Below, piece by piece: positions 7,790-16,317 of a stretch of 45,484 nucleotides of DNA. Source of the stretch: a bacterium (GTDB lineage: Bacteria; UBA9089; CG2-30-40-21; SBAY01); assembly GCA_040754115.1 (NCBI GenBank), contig JBFMDD010000018.1, forward strand, positions 1 through 45,484, written 5' to 3'. Numbering within the stretch: position 1 is the first letter of the stretch; the number at the start of each line of letters is the position of its first letter. The translations under genes and the position numbers were made by a program. The notes beneath the pieces were generated by a model. The model worked only from the letters and a program-made list of their open reading frames with translations, did no database searches and was not told the origin of the DNA.

Positions 7790-10074
7790 TCGAAAATGTA
7801 TTAGCAATTTTTATATTACTTTTACTCTTATCTATCTTCTTTTGGAAGGCTATTACTCTACAAGGGCTGTGGGTAACTGGTGAGTTTAGCCTGTCGGATA
7901 TTACAGAGCTTAATTTCCCACTTAAATATTTACTTTATGACTCATTACAAAAATTTTCACTTCCGTTATGGACTAAAGACCTGCTATGTGGCTATCCTGC
8001 ATTTGCAGAAGGAGAAGGTGGACATTTATATCCGTTGAATCTACTTCTTTTTTCTTTCCTGCCTCCATTAGCAGCATTTAATTACAGCCTTATTATCTCT
8101 TATTTATTAGCTGGATTTTTTACATATCTATTTGCCCGCAAGATTAAATTAAGTTGGTATTCCTCACTAATTAGTGGAATTATCTTTATGTTTTCTGGCT
8201 TTTTAGTTACTCATCTTAAACATCCATCTATGATTTCAGCCTGCTCTTTAATGCCTCTTTTGTTTTATCTTGTAGAGTGCTATTGGGGTCAGATTGGTTT
8301 GACCCCTTTAATTCTGGCTGGTGTTATCTTTGGCTTACAAATATTAGCAGGACATCAACAAATAACGGTTTATTCCATGGTTGGGGTAAGTTTATACTTT
8401 TTATTCAGATTTTTAATAACATTATTTATTGAAAATTATTCTCAGCCTAAAAAAAGGAGAAAAACAAAAAAACTCAATAAATTGAGGAAGCCATTTAAAG
8501 ATACAAGTCTAAAACTTGCATTCTTTACCTTAATAATCATTATTGGGCTTGGTATAGGAGCAGTCCAAATTCTACCTACCTACGAGCTTTCAAATCATTC
8601 CTATCGGTCAGCGGAAATAGGATTTGAAAATATTGTAAGATTCCCTTATCCTCCAAAACATCTAATCACATTTATCAAACCATATTTTTATGGTGATCCA
8701 GGTGAAGGAACATATTCTATACCAGGTGAAGAATGGGGTTTTTTCTGGGAAAATACAGGTTATGTAGGAATATTACCGTTAATTCTCTCACTAATTGGGA
8801 TAACCTTTATTTTTCTTAGAAATAAAAAGGCATCATTTTCTCCTGCAAATATCTTATCCAGTAACCAACACATTATCTTCTTTTCTTTTTTATTGATTTT
8901 TTCAATCCTGCTGGTATTAGGCAAATATGGTCCACTATTTCCTTTACTTAAGTTACCTGTTTTATCTACATTTAGATTTCCTGCACGATTTTTGATGTTA
9001 GTAGATTTCTCATTGGCTATCTTGACTGCATTTGGAATAGAGGTTTTATTGAATAAGGTTAAATTCAAGAAGATAATCAAATGTTGTATTCTGCCTATTA
9101 TTGTAATTGATTTATTTATCTTTGGGCTGAAATTTAATCCTACTATTTCACCTAAACTATGGTTTGAAAAACCTGAATCTGTAAAGTTTTTAGAAAAAGA
9201 TAAAAGCATATATAGAATTTATAGTCTTGGGGCAGAAGCGACCTGGAGTCATGTATATTTCAGTATAAGTCATGGCTGGCGAAAGAACCTGTTACCTTAT
9301 CTAAAACATCGAGAGATATTGGCAGTTAATTCCAATCTACTTCATGGAGTCTCAAATGCAGATGCCTATTTCCCACTTCTGCCTTTAAGACCATGGATGT
9401 TTAAAAAATTTATAGAACAAAATATTAATTTTGATAATCGTCGAGGAATAGCCATTATTCCACCACATCTAATGAAGATAATGAGTATGTTAAATATAAA
9501 CTACATCCTTTCATTTTATCAAGTTGAAAATGAGAAATTAGATTTAGTTAAAACAATTGATGTAGGAGAAGGATTGCCACCATTAAAGATTTATAAAAAC
9601 CATAGTTGTCTTCCAAGGGCATTTTTAGTACCAACTACAAGAGTAGTTTCTGATGCGAATAAGATTATCCAGGAGCTAACAAAAGAGGATTTTGAGCCTA
9701 AAAAGGAAGTAATTGTAGAAAAAGAAATTCCTCATCCCTCATCCCTCATCCCTCATCCCTCGTCCCTTGTTGAGATTGTAACTTACCAATCTAACAAAGC
9801 CATACTTAATGTTTCTTCCCCTACTGATTGTATTCTATTTATGAGCGATACTTATTATTCTAGCTGGAGAGTATTTATAGATGGAGTTGAAGGAGAGATA
9901 TTTCCTGCTAATTTAGGATTTAGAGGAGTTGCTTTAAGTAAAGGAGAGCATGAAGTAAAATTTGTTTACAAACCAAAGGCATTTAAAATAGGCTTAATTA
10001 TCACTTTGATAACCATCTTATTGCTCATTAGTTACTCTGGCGGCGTTATACTAAAACTGAAGGATAAATTTTAA
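7780..10074 (+). CDS. YfhO-family polytopic membrane protein (putative glycosyl-transfer / glycopolymer-modifying protein)
   Basis: Many TM segments. The C-terminal block FIDGVEGEIFPANLGFRGVALSKGEHEVKFVYKPKAFKIGLIITLITILLL resembles YfhO C-termini. I prefer ATG 7780 (MNRLENVLAIF...) over GTG 7741 because 7741-7779 is MITE sequence. Confidence 0.75.
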   Translation: MNRLENVLAIFILLLLLSIFFWKAITLQGLWVTGEFSLSDITELNFPLKYLLYDSLQKFSLPLWTKDLLCGYPAFAEGEGGHLYPLNLLLFSFLPPLAAFNYSLIISYLLAGFFTYLFARKIKLSWYSSLISGIIFMFSGFLVTHLKHPSMISACSLMPLLFYLVECYWGQIGLTPLILAGVIFGLQILAGHQQITVYSMVGVSLYFLFRFLITLFIENYSQPKKRRKTKKLNKLRKPFKDTSLKLAFFTLIIIIGLGIGAVQILPTYELSNHSYRSAEIGFENIVRFPYPPKHLITFIKPYFYGDPGEGTYSIPGEEWGFFWENTGYVGILPLILSLIGITFIFLRNKKASFSPANILSSNQHIIFFSFLLIFSILLVLGKYGPLFPLLKLPVLSTFRFPARFLMLVDFSLAILTAFGIEVLLNKVKFKKIIKCCILPIIVIDLFIFGLKFNPTISPKLWFEKPESVKFLEKDKSIYRIYSLGAEATWSHVYFSISHGWRKNLLPYLKHREILAVNSNLLHGVSNADAYFPLLPLRPWMFKKFIEQNINFDNRRGIAIIPPHLMKIMSMLNINYILSFYQVENEKLDLVKTIDVGEGLPPLKIYKNHSCLPRAFLVPTTRVVSDANKIIQELTKEDFEPKKEVIVEKEIPHPSSLIPHPSSLVEIVTYQSNKAILNVSSPTDCILFMSDTYYSSWRVFIDGVEGEIFPANLGFRGVALSKGEHEVKFVYKPKAFKIGLIITLITILLLISYSGGVILKLKDKF
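9730..9764 (+). repeat. Heptanucleotide array (CCTCATC x4 + CCTCGTC) inside the yfhO-like CDS
   Basis: Read directly. It is translated as IPHPSSLIPHPSSL. Confidence 0.9.
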
Positions 10075-10144
10075 CATGGATAAAATCAAACTTTGGGCGG
10101 TTTACTTAGAAATAGAATGAAGCTGAAAAGCGGTGGGTATTGTC

Positions 10145-10522
10145 GTAACCGTTCAGGTAGCTAAGAATTTTGCAGTTTATCAGGTTCAAGGTTCCATGTT
10201 CAGGGTTCAAGGTTACTAATCGATAAAGATTATACTGGACACTGCCATTAACTGAGCTATTTAGGGACGGTTTATTTTCATCGTTTTCACGGTGATTTCT
10301 TTTGGAAATTAGAAATTGGAAATTAGGTCTTCACTTCTTTCCCAAATTTCTAATTTCATATCCATTTCTTAACCGCAAGCTTTCACGCTAAAGTGAACCG
10401 TTTCTAAAATCGCAATTTGTAACGGTGTTGAGTATAAATGAATCCTTACAAACAGCTAAGCAAATCAACTCAGGAGCACACACCCAACCCTGAACCTTGA
10501 ACCGGGAACCCTGAACGGTTAC
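10145..10522 (+). mobile_element. MITE family A (termini GTAACCGTTCAGG / CCTGAACGGTTAC) carrying a nested MITE B
   Basis: The two halves (10145-10230 and 10437-10522) are collinear with the uninterrupted 170-bp copy at 15625-15794. The termini are inverted repeats and the arms contain (AGGTTCA)n heptamers. Confidence 0.8.
10231..10436 (+). mobile_element. MITE family B (206 bp; termini TATACTGGACAC / GTGTTGAGTATA) nested in MITE A
   Basis: Near-identical to 17409-17614. The filled site AAAGAT-TA-[element]-TA-AATGAA compares with the empty site AAAGATTAAATATC in the 15625 copy, suggesting a TA target duplication. Confidence 0.8.
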
Positions 10523-10651
10523 ATTTTTTCTTCGTGGTCTCCTAATCCTGTCAGGAACAAGCTTCGTGCCCTTCGTGGTTTATCTTAATTGCACAGGTCG
10601 AATTTTTTCTTCTCTGCGTCTCTGCGGTGAACAGTTACCTTTTTCACTTGT

Positions 10652-13213
10652 TTACACCAACCTGACAACCTCTTCCATCAGGTCTTTAAAATCAAACGGT
10701 TTAAAAAGATAAGTGGTTGCTCCTGCTTTATAAATCTTATCTAAATTTTGCTCTTCATCTACCGGGACTAACATAATAAGTGGAATTTCTTTTGTCTCTT
10801 CATGGTCTCTTAATATATGTGCCATTTCATAGCCATCTACCTTCGGTACTCTAAGACTGAATATTATCAAATCTGGTTTTTCCACATATAGTTTCTCTAA
10901 TGCCTCTACACCATCTTTAGCTGTCTTAACTCTGTACCCATTTGTTTTTAAATATAATTCTGAGAGTTTTAATACCTCCAGGTTATCATCTACAATTAAA
11001 ATTATTGTTTGATGAGGTGGTTTTTTCTTACTTAATCTTATCTTTGGCAGTTCTTCTTCTGGGACTTCTTCTTTTGGTATAGTAAATATAAACTTACTGC
11101 CTTTACCTACTTCTGATTCTACTCTGATAGTTCCATTAGACTCATCAAGTATTTCTTTTACTATTGCTAATCCCAGCCCTGTACCTTCATATGAGCGTGT
11201 ATCTGACATATCTAATTGATAGAACCTATCAGTTATCTTATCAAAATTCTCCTTTTTAATACCAATTCCTGTATCTTCAACACAGCCTTGTAGGTATTTA
11301 CCTTTATCTTCAAGTCTGATAGTTACTTTCATTTTAGTATCCTTCTTATCCTTCTTAATAAATTTTATAGCATTATCCACCAATTTACTAAGAATCTCCT
11401 TTGCTCGCTCTTTATCATACATAACAATAGGGATATTTGGATCTACTTCTGATTGAAGTACAATCTTCTTTTCTTGAGATTGAGGGGTAAAGATAAGTAT
11501 TACTTCTTCTACTATCTTTTTAAAATCTACCGGTTGTTTTTTTAATTCGTATTTTTTACCTCGTTCAATCTTAGACAGGTCTAAAATATCTCCAATTAAT
11601 TCATTTAAGTGTTTACATTTTTCTAACATTATGTCAATACCTTTTATTTGCTCATCAGTAATTTCACCTAATGCCTTATAAGAAAGTAGTTGCAGATAGC
11701 CCATGATAACAGTAAGAGGGGTACGTAATTCATGTGAGACAATATTTAAAAAGGTAGATTTAGCCTCATTAGCTATCTGTAACTCCTCGGTCATTTTCTT
11801 TAATTCTATCACCTTCTGTTTCAATTCATCATAAAGTTTGGTATTTTCTAATGCTACAGATATTTCACCAGCTAAAGAAGAAAGGAATGTCAAATCTTCT
11901 TTGTCATACGGTTTACCAGCAAATTTATCACCTAAGTTTAAGATACCTAATAATTCCTCTTTATAAAATAAAGGAACAGATACTGTTGCCCCTAATTTTT
12001 TTAGTTGAGCTAATAACTCACTACGTTCTTCCAACTCCCTACTTTCTCGTATCTCTTCTTTAAGTAATTCCCGTTTTTCTGTTTTAAACCATTTTACTAC
12101 TGGATGGGTTATTTTAAGTATATCACGATGTCCTACCTCACCTACTTCAAATTCACGCCTGAATATCCCTTCTCTTTCATTCAGAAGCATCACAGATGCT
12201 CCATCAAGATGCATGGTTTGTACAATCGACTTCATGATAGGAGGTAATAATACATCCTTATCAACAGTGGTAGTAAGCATCATACCAACTTTTTTCAGAA
12301 ACTCCTGTTGGTCAAATCGCTCACGGAAGAAGTGCTTATCAACTATCAATTGAATTTTTTCACGCAGTGGTTGGAAGATAATGGTTACTATTGCTACAGC
12401 TATTACTGTCCCCATGAATGCCTCATAGCCAGTAGTGTATCTAAAAGTCCTTTCGAGGAAGACTATAGTTGAGACCAAAACAGTAGTCAAAGCCCCAGTC
12501 AATGTAGTATAAACAAATCCCTTACGAATAATTATATCAATCTCCATTAGGCGATACTTGAAGATAGCATAAGCAAAAATTGCCATACAGTAGGCAATAG
12601 TTAAATGAGCTATTGGATATACTTCAACTCCAGCAACAAGAAGTACATTAGAAATTCCACCTCCTATACCTACACATCCACCCATAGCTATGTATTTAAA
12701 TCTATTTTTAATCCCTGGATTTTTTGTAGTTATATATTTCTTGTACAAGAGATAAGTACCATAACCTATAAAAAAGAAAAGGCTTAATGGAAATAAAAAA
12801 TAAAATTTTCCTGCTATTGGAAAGTAAAAATGTCCAAATTCATAATAAGTGAAATCTTTAAATAATAAACCTGTCCAGTTAATGATTAAAAGAAGTGAAC
12901 TATAGATATAAGCAATTATAATTAAAAATTTCTTTCTTTTACTATAAAACTTGGTTAACAAAACTGCAGTGTGAAAAGAAGCTGGTGGTATAAAAATTAG
13001 ACCTGTATAGAATATATAACCCAAAAGGAAGACCAATTCTTTAGTGAGAACAAATGAAAAAGTAAAAGCGGTAAAACACCAAATTGTTACGCAGAAACAT
13101 AGTAATGAAAATACTCTATTCATTTCTTTCTTAGGATTTTTAATAAAAACAAATACTGTTAAAGATAGATTAATAAAAGTAGCTATTAATGTTGTCAAAA
13201 TATAAGGTGTCAT
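10652..13213 (-). CDS. Hybrid sensor histidine kinase (N-terminal multi-TM sensor, GAF, HisKA, HATPase, C-terminal receiver)
   Basis: 853 aa with about 7 hydrophobic helices at the N-terminus. H-box FLNIVSHELRTPLT, N/G boxes LVDNAIKF, DTGIGI and GTGLGLAIV, and a C-terminal REC (ILIVDDN...). It starts 42 nt downstream of the PocR-GGDEF-KAS ORF. Confidence 0.88.
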   Translation of the reverse strand: MTPYILTTLIATFINLSLTVFVFIKNPKKEMNRVFSLLCFCVTIWCFTAFTFSFVLTKELVFLLGYIFYTGLIFIPPASFHTAVLLTKFYSKRKKFLIIIAYIYSSLLLIINWTGLLFKDFTYYEFGHFYFPIAGKFYFLFPLSLFFFIGYGTYLLYKKYITTKNPGIKNRFKYIAMGGCVGIGGGISNVLLVAGVEVYPIAHLTIAYCMAIFAYAIFKYRLMEIDIIIRKGFVYTTLTGALTTVLVSTIVFLERTFRYTTGYEAFMGTVIAVAIVTIIFQPLREKIQLIVDKHFFRERFDQQEFLKKVGMMLTTTVDKDVLLPPIMKSIVQTMHLDGASVMLLNEREGIFRREFEVGEVGHRDILKITHPVVKWFKTEKRELLKEEIRESRELEERSELLAQLKKLGATVSVPLFYKEELLGILNLGDKFAGKPYDKEDLTFLSSLAGEISVALENTKLYDELKQKVIELKKMTEELQIANEAKSTFLNIVSHELRTPLTVIMGYLQLLSYKALGEITDEQIKGIDIMLEKCKHLNELIGDILDLSKIERGKKYELKKQPVDFKKIVEEVILIFTPQSQEKKIVLQSEVDPNIPIVMYDKERAKEILSKLVDNAIKFIKKDKKDTKMKVTIRLEDKGKYLQGCVEDTGIGIKKENFDKITDRFYQLDMSDTRSYEGTGLGLAIVKEILDESNGTIRVESEVGKGSKFIFTIPKEEVPEEELPKIRLSKKKPPHQTIILIVDDNLEVLKLSELYLKTNGYRVKTAKDGVEALEKLYVEKPDLIIFSLRVPKVDGYEMAHILRDHEETKEIPLIMLVPVDEEQNLDKIYKAGATTYLFKPFDFKDLMEEVVRLV

Positions 13214-13255
13214 TTTGATACTCCAATTATTAATAGTTATTAATAAACTATGGAA

Positions 13256-15595
13256 TTAGCTCTCATTGTATCGGCTGAATACCAATATAGAATTCTTACC
13301 ACCAAACCCAAATGTATTTGATACTGCAATATTTATATTAATTTTCCGACCAACGTTAGGTACATAATCCAAATCACATTCTGGGTCAGGATATTCATAG
13401 TTTATAGTAGGTGGTATAAAACTATTTTCTATTGCTAATGCACATACTATTGCTTCAATTGCTCCTGCTGCTCCTATTGAATGACCAAGTATAGACTTAG
13501 TAGAACTTACAGGTATCTCATATGCATGATCACCAAATATCTTCTTAATAATCATTGTTTCTATTTTATCATTTAAAGGTGTAGAAGTGCCATGTGCATT
13601 AATATAATCTACTTCTTCTGGTTTGATTCCCGCATCTATTAAAGCTAGGTTAATTGCTCTTATAGCTTCTACTCCAGAAGGATCAGGTGCAGTTATATGA
13701 TAAGCATCTGTAGTAGTACTATAACCAATTACTTCACTATAAATATGTGCATTTCTATTCAAGGCATGTTCCAGTTCTTCTAAGATTACAATTCCTGCTC
13801 CTTCTCCCGCGACAAATCCACTTCGTTTTATATCAAAAGGTCGACTTGCACTTTCTATTCCAGTAGTCCCAGAGACTAAAGCTCCCATTGCATAGTATGA
13901 GCTTAAGATAAATGGTTTGATAGTTACTTCTGTTCCTCCTACAATTGCCAATTTACCTTTTCCTTCTCGTATATTATTAAATACTTCTCCAATAGCATCA
14001 GTTCCTGCAGTGCAACCTGTAGAGATTGTCATCGCAGGCCCTTTTAATTTTAATTCTAAAGAGATCATTGAAGAAATCGCTCCAGTAAAAATAGCTAATG
14101 AAGCAAAAGGACTTATTCTATCAGCTCCATCTCTTAAGAACTTTTTCATTTGATCTTCTCCAAAACTCAATCCTCCTATTGTTGATCCAATAGTAACTTG
14201 ACTTTCAGTCATCTCCTCTTTAGAAATATCTAATTTAGCATCTTCAACAGCCATTTTAGCTGCGGCAATAGCAAATTGTGTAGTTCTATCAGTGCGTTTT
14301 ATAGTTTTAAAATCCATATATTTTACCGGGTCAAAATCCTTCACCTCTGCTGCTATTTGAACTGGTAAATTTGACGGGTCGAAGGAGGTAATTCTACCTA
14401 TGCCTGATTTGCCAGTACTAATTGCCTGCCAGAATACCTCCTTACCTATTCCTACCGGTGAGATAATTCCTATTCCTGTAATTACTACCCGCGGTTTATG
14501 AGGTCTTTTTGTATATATAGTAACAACTTTACCTCCTCCCTCTTTTTTACTAATTAGCAACTTCTCCATTGCATTTTTGATTAATCCTTGACTATTAGAT
14601 ACACTCTTTGTAATATTTGCAATTCCAATGCTTATGCTTAAAGAAAGATTTAACCTATCTTCCTTACCGAAGATATAGTTTTTTACTTTTAATTGTAAAT
14701 CTTTAGCTAATATATCTATTTCCTCTTTAGTGCCTTTTAAAATAATCCCAAATATATCTCCCTCATATCTACCACCTACTGCATCTTTAGGTAAATTTTC
14801 TCTTACCATATTTGCCAGTTCCTTAATAATTCTATCACCAACAAATAGTCCATAGGTATTTTTTATCGAACTAAAATTATCTATATCAATCATAATGAGT
14901 GCTAAAGGTTGATTTTGACTTTTTGCTATCAGTATTTCTTCATCAAGACAATCTAAGAATGTATTTTTAGTCAAAAAAGAGGTTAATTCATCAACTTTGA
15001 GTAACTCTTCCATCTCTTTTAGTAAATTATATAAATACTGGCTTTTTTCAAAAAGATGGTAATAATTAATCATCCCCTCCTTTATTGTATCTATCCTTGG
15101 TTTTAACATCTGGTTGAGCAAGACTATATCTTCATCAGATACTATTTTAATCTCTTGAATATAGTTAATTAGTGCTTTTGTATCTATACCAAGTTCTTTA
15201 GCATATTTTTTATATTGTTGTAAATCAGGAGATTTATCTAATATTCCACCAATTACAATAGTGGCTAATGGGATATCTCCAATAGCTATAGGGATAAATA
15301 GATTAGTTAATCCTGCATGGCACTTGAATAGACAAAGGCCTTTTTTAATTACCTCCTTCCCAAAGCAGCTATTTAAATAAAATGACTTACATCTTTTATA
15401 GCCTGATTTAGAGCTTTGAACTAATTGACAAAATTTAGATGAATGTTGTCGCTCTGAAACAAACTTCCCACTTGGCTCTATAATTTGAATACCAACGCCA
15501 ATAGTTTTCTCACAGACATCCTCTAAGTATTCCCAGCTATTAAATAAGCCAATTAGGTTTTTAAAATGCTCTAACTCTGATTGATTTATTTTCAT
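13256..15595 (-). CDS. Fusion protein: PocR-like sensor domain + degenerate GGDEF domain + complete beta-ketoacyl-ACP synthase II (FabF-type)
   Basis: aa 1-170 carry a PocR-type Cys pattern (KFCQLV, YKRCKSF, LFKCHAGLTN). aa ~200-360 are GGDEF-like with RYEGDIF (14750-14770) in place of GGDEF/GGEEF. aa ~369-779 are a KAS II with VVITGIGIISPVG, active-site TISTGCTAG, NAHGTSTPLND, LGHSIGAAGA and a C-terminal FGFGGKN. A single uninterrupted ORF. Confidence 0.85.
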   Translation of the reverse strand: MKINQSELEHFKNLIGLFNSWEYLEDVCEKTIGVGIQIIEPSGKFVSERQHSSKFCQLVQSSKSGYKRCKSFYLNSCFGKEVIKKGLCLFKCHAGLTNLFIPIAIGDIPLATIVIGGILDKSPDLQQYKKYAKELGIDTKALINYIQEIKIVSDEDIVLLNQMLKPRIDTIKEGMINYYHLFEKSQYLYNLLKEMEELLKVDELTSFLTKNTFLDCLDEEILIAKSQNQPLALIMIDIDNFSSIKNTYGLFVGDRIIKELANMVRENLPKDAVGGRYEGDIFGIILKGTKEEIDILAKDLQLKVKNYIFGKEDRLNLSLSISIGIANITKSVSNSQGLIKNAMEKLLISKKEGGGKVVTIYTKRPHKPRVVITGIGIISPVGIGKEVFWQAISTGKSGIGRITSFDPSNLPVQIAAEVKDFDPVKYMDFKTIKRTDRTTQFAIAAAKMAVEDAKLDISKEEMTESQVTIGSTIGGLSFGEDQMKKFLRDGADRISPFASLAIFTGAISSMISLELKLKGPAMTISTGCTAGTDAIGEVFNNIREGKGKLAIVGGTEVTIKPFILSSYYAMGALVSGTTGIESASRPFDIKRSGFVAGEGAGIVILEELEHALNRNAHIYSEVIGYSTTTDAYHITAPDPSGVEAIRAINLALIDAGIKPEEVDYINAHGTSTPLNDKIETMIIKKIFGDHAYEIPVSSTKSILGHSIGAAGAIEAIVCALAIENSFIPPTINYEYPDPECDLDYVPNVGRKININIAVSNTFGFGGKNSILVFSRYNES

Positions 15596-15624
15596 TCTCT
15601 TTCATCTTATATTATTCTTCTTTT

Positions 15625-15794
15625 GTAACCGTTCAGGTAGCTAAGAATTTTGCAGTTTATCAGGTTCAAGGTTCCAGGTTCAGGGTTCAAGGTTACTAAG
15701 CGATAAAGATTAAATATCAAATCCTGACAAACAGCTAAGCAAATCAACTCAGGAGCACACCCCCAACCCTGAATCTTGAACCTTGAACGGTTAC
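15625..15794 (+). mobile_element. MITE family A, uninterrupted 170-bp copy
   Basis: GTAACCGTTCAGGTAGCTAAG...(AGGTTCA-type heptamers x5)...CTTGAACGGTTAC. It serves as the empty-site reference for the nested copies at 10145 and 23869. Confidence 0.8.
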
Positions 15795-15855
15795 CTCTTT
15801 TTTAGAGGATAAATCCTCTACTCTATTAAAGTTATCGAGCGAAGCAAGATTTTTC

Positions 15856-15883
15856 TTGACACAAAAATTTTATATGGTATAAT
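15856..15883 (+). promoter_or_regulatory. Near-consensus orphan promoter (TTGACA - 16 nt - TGgTATAAT) with no substantial downstream ORF
   Basis: -35 TTGACA at 15856-15861 and -10 TATAAT at 15878-15883, preceded by TGG. It points toward 15884-16317, which holds only very short ORFs, and then into the 3' end of galT (antisense). Confidence 0.45.
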
Positions 15884-16133
15884 AACCTGAGATTTTTGGG
15901 TGATTATCGAGAGGAATTCATAGCTAAACTTATAGGCGACTATACAAAAATCATTCTTGCTACCTTTTTCGCAGGTGAATTCTTTTTAAACCTTTCCTCT
16001 CTACAAAAAACAAAAAATAATTTTTGGGGTAGTTTTTTTTATTTTATTCATACTCAGTATTCTCTTTCATCCTCAGAATAGGAGGTGAATCGTTTATGAT
16101 ACTTAATATAGTGATTATCACAGTATAGAAGTC

Positions 16134-16250
16134 ATGCTCATTCTTTTAGGAATTGCAGGTCTTGTACTTTTAGGTCTGAAAATTCTTGACCAGATTCTTG
16201 ACCAGATTGAGAAACGAAAGGAAAAATCTCATCCTCACTCTACAAAGTGA
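16134..16250 (+). CDS. Possible 38-aa membrane mini-protein (speculative)
   Basis: ATG at 16134: MLILLGIAGLVLLGLKILDQILDQIEKRKEKSHPHSTK. One hydrophobic helix plus a charged tail, a weak RBS and a 12-nt internal direct repeat (ATTCTTGACCAG x2). Confidence 0.15.
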   Translation: MLILLGIAGLVLLGLKILDQILDQIEKRKEKSHPHSTK

Positions 16251-16317
16251 TAAAATTTTAAATTTAAACTGCTAATTCTTGAATCTCTTGGGAACGGGAG
16301 AAATTGGCAATCCTGGT

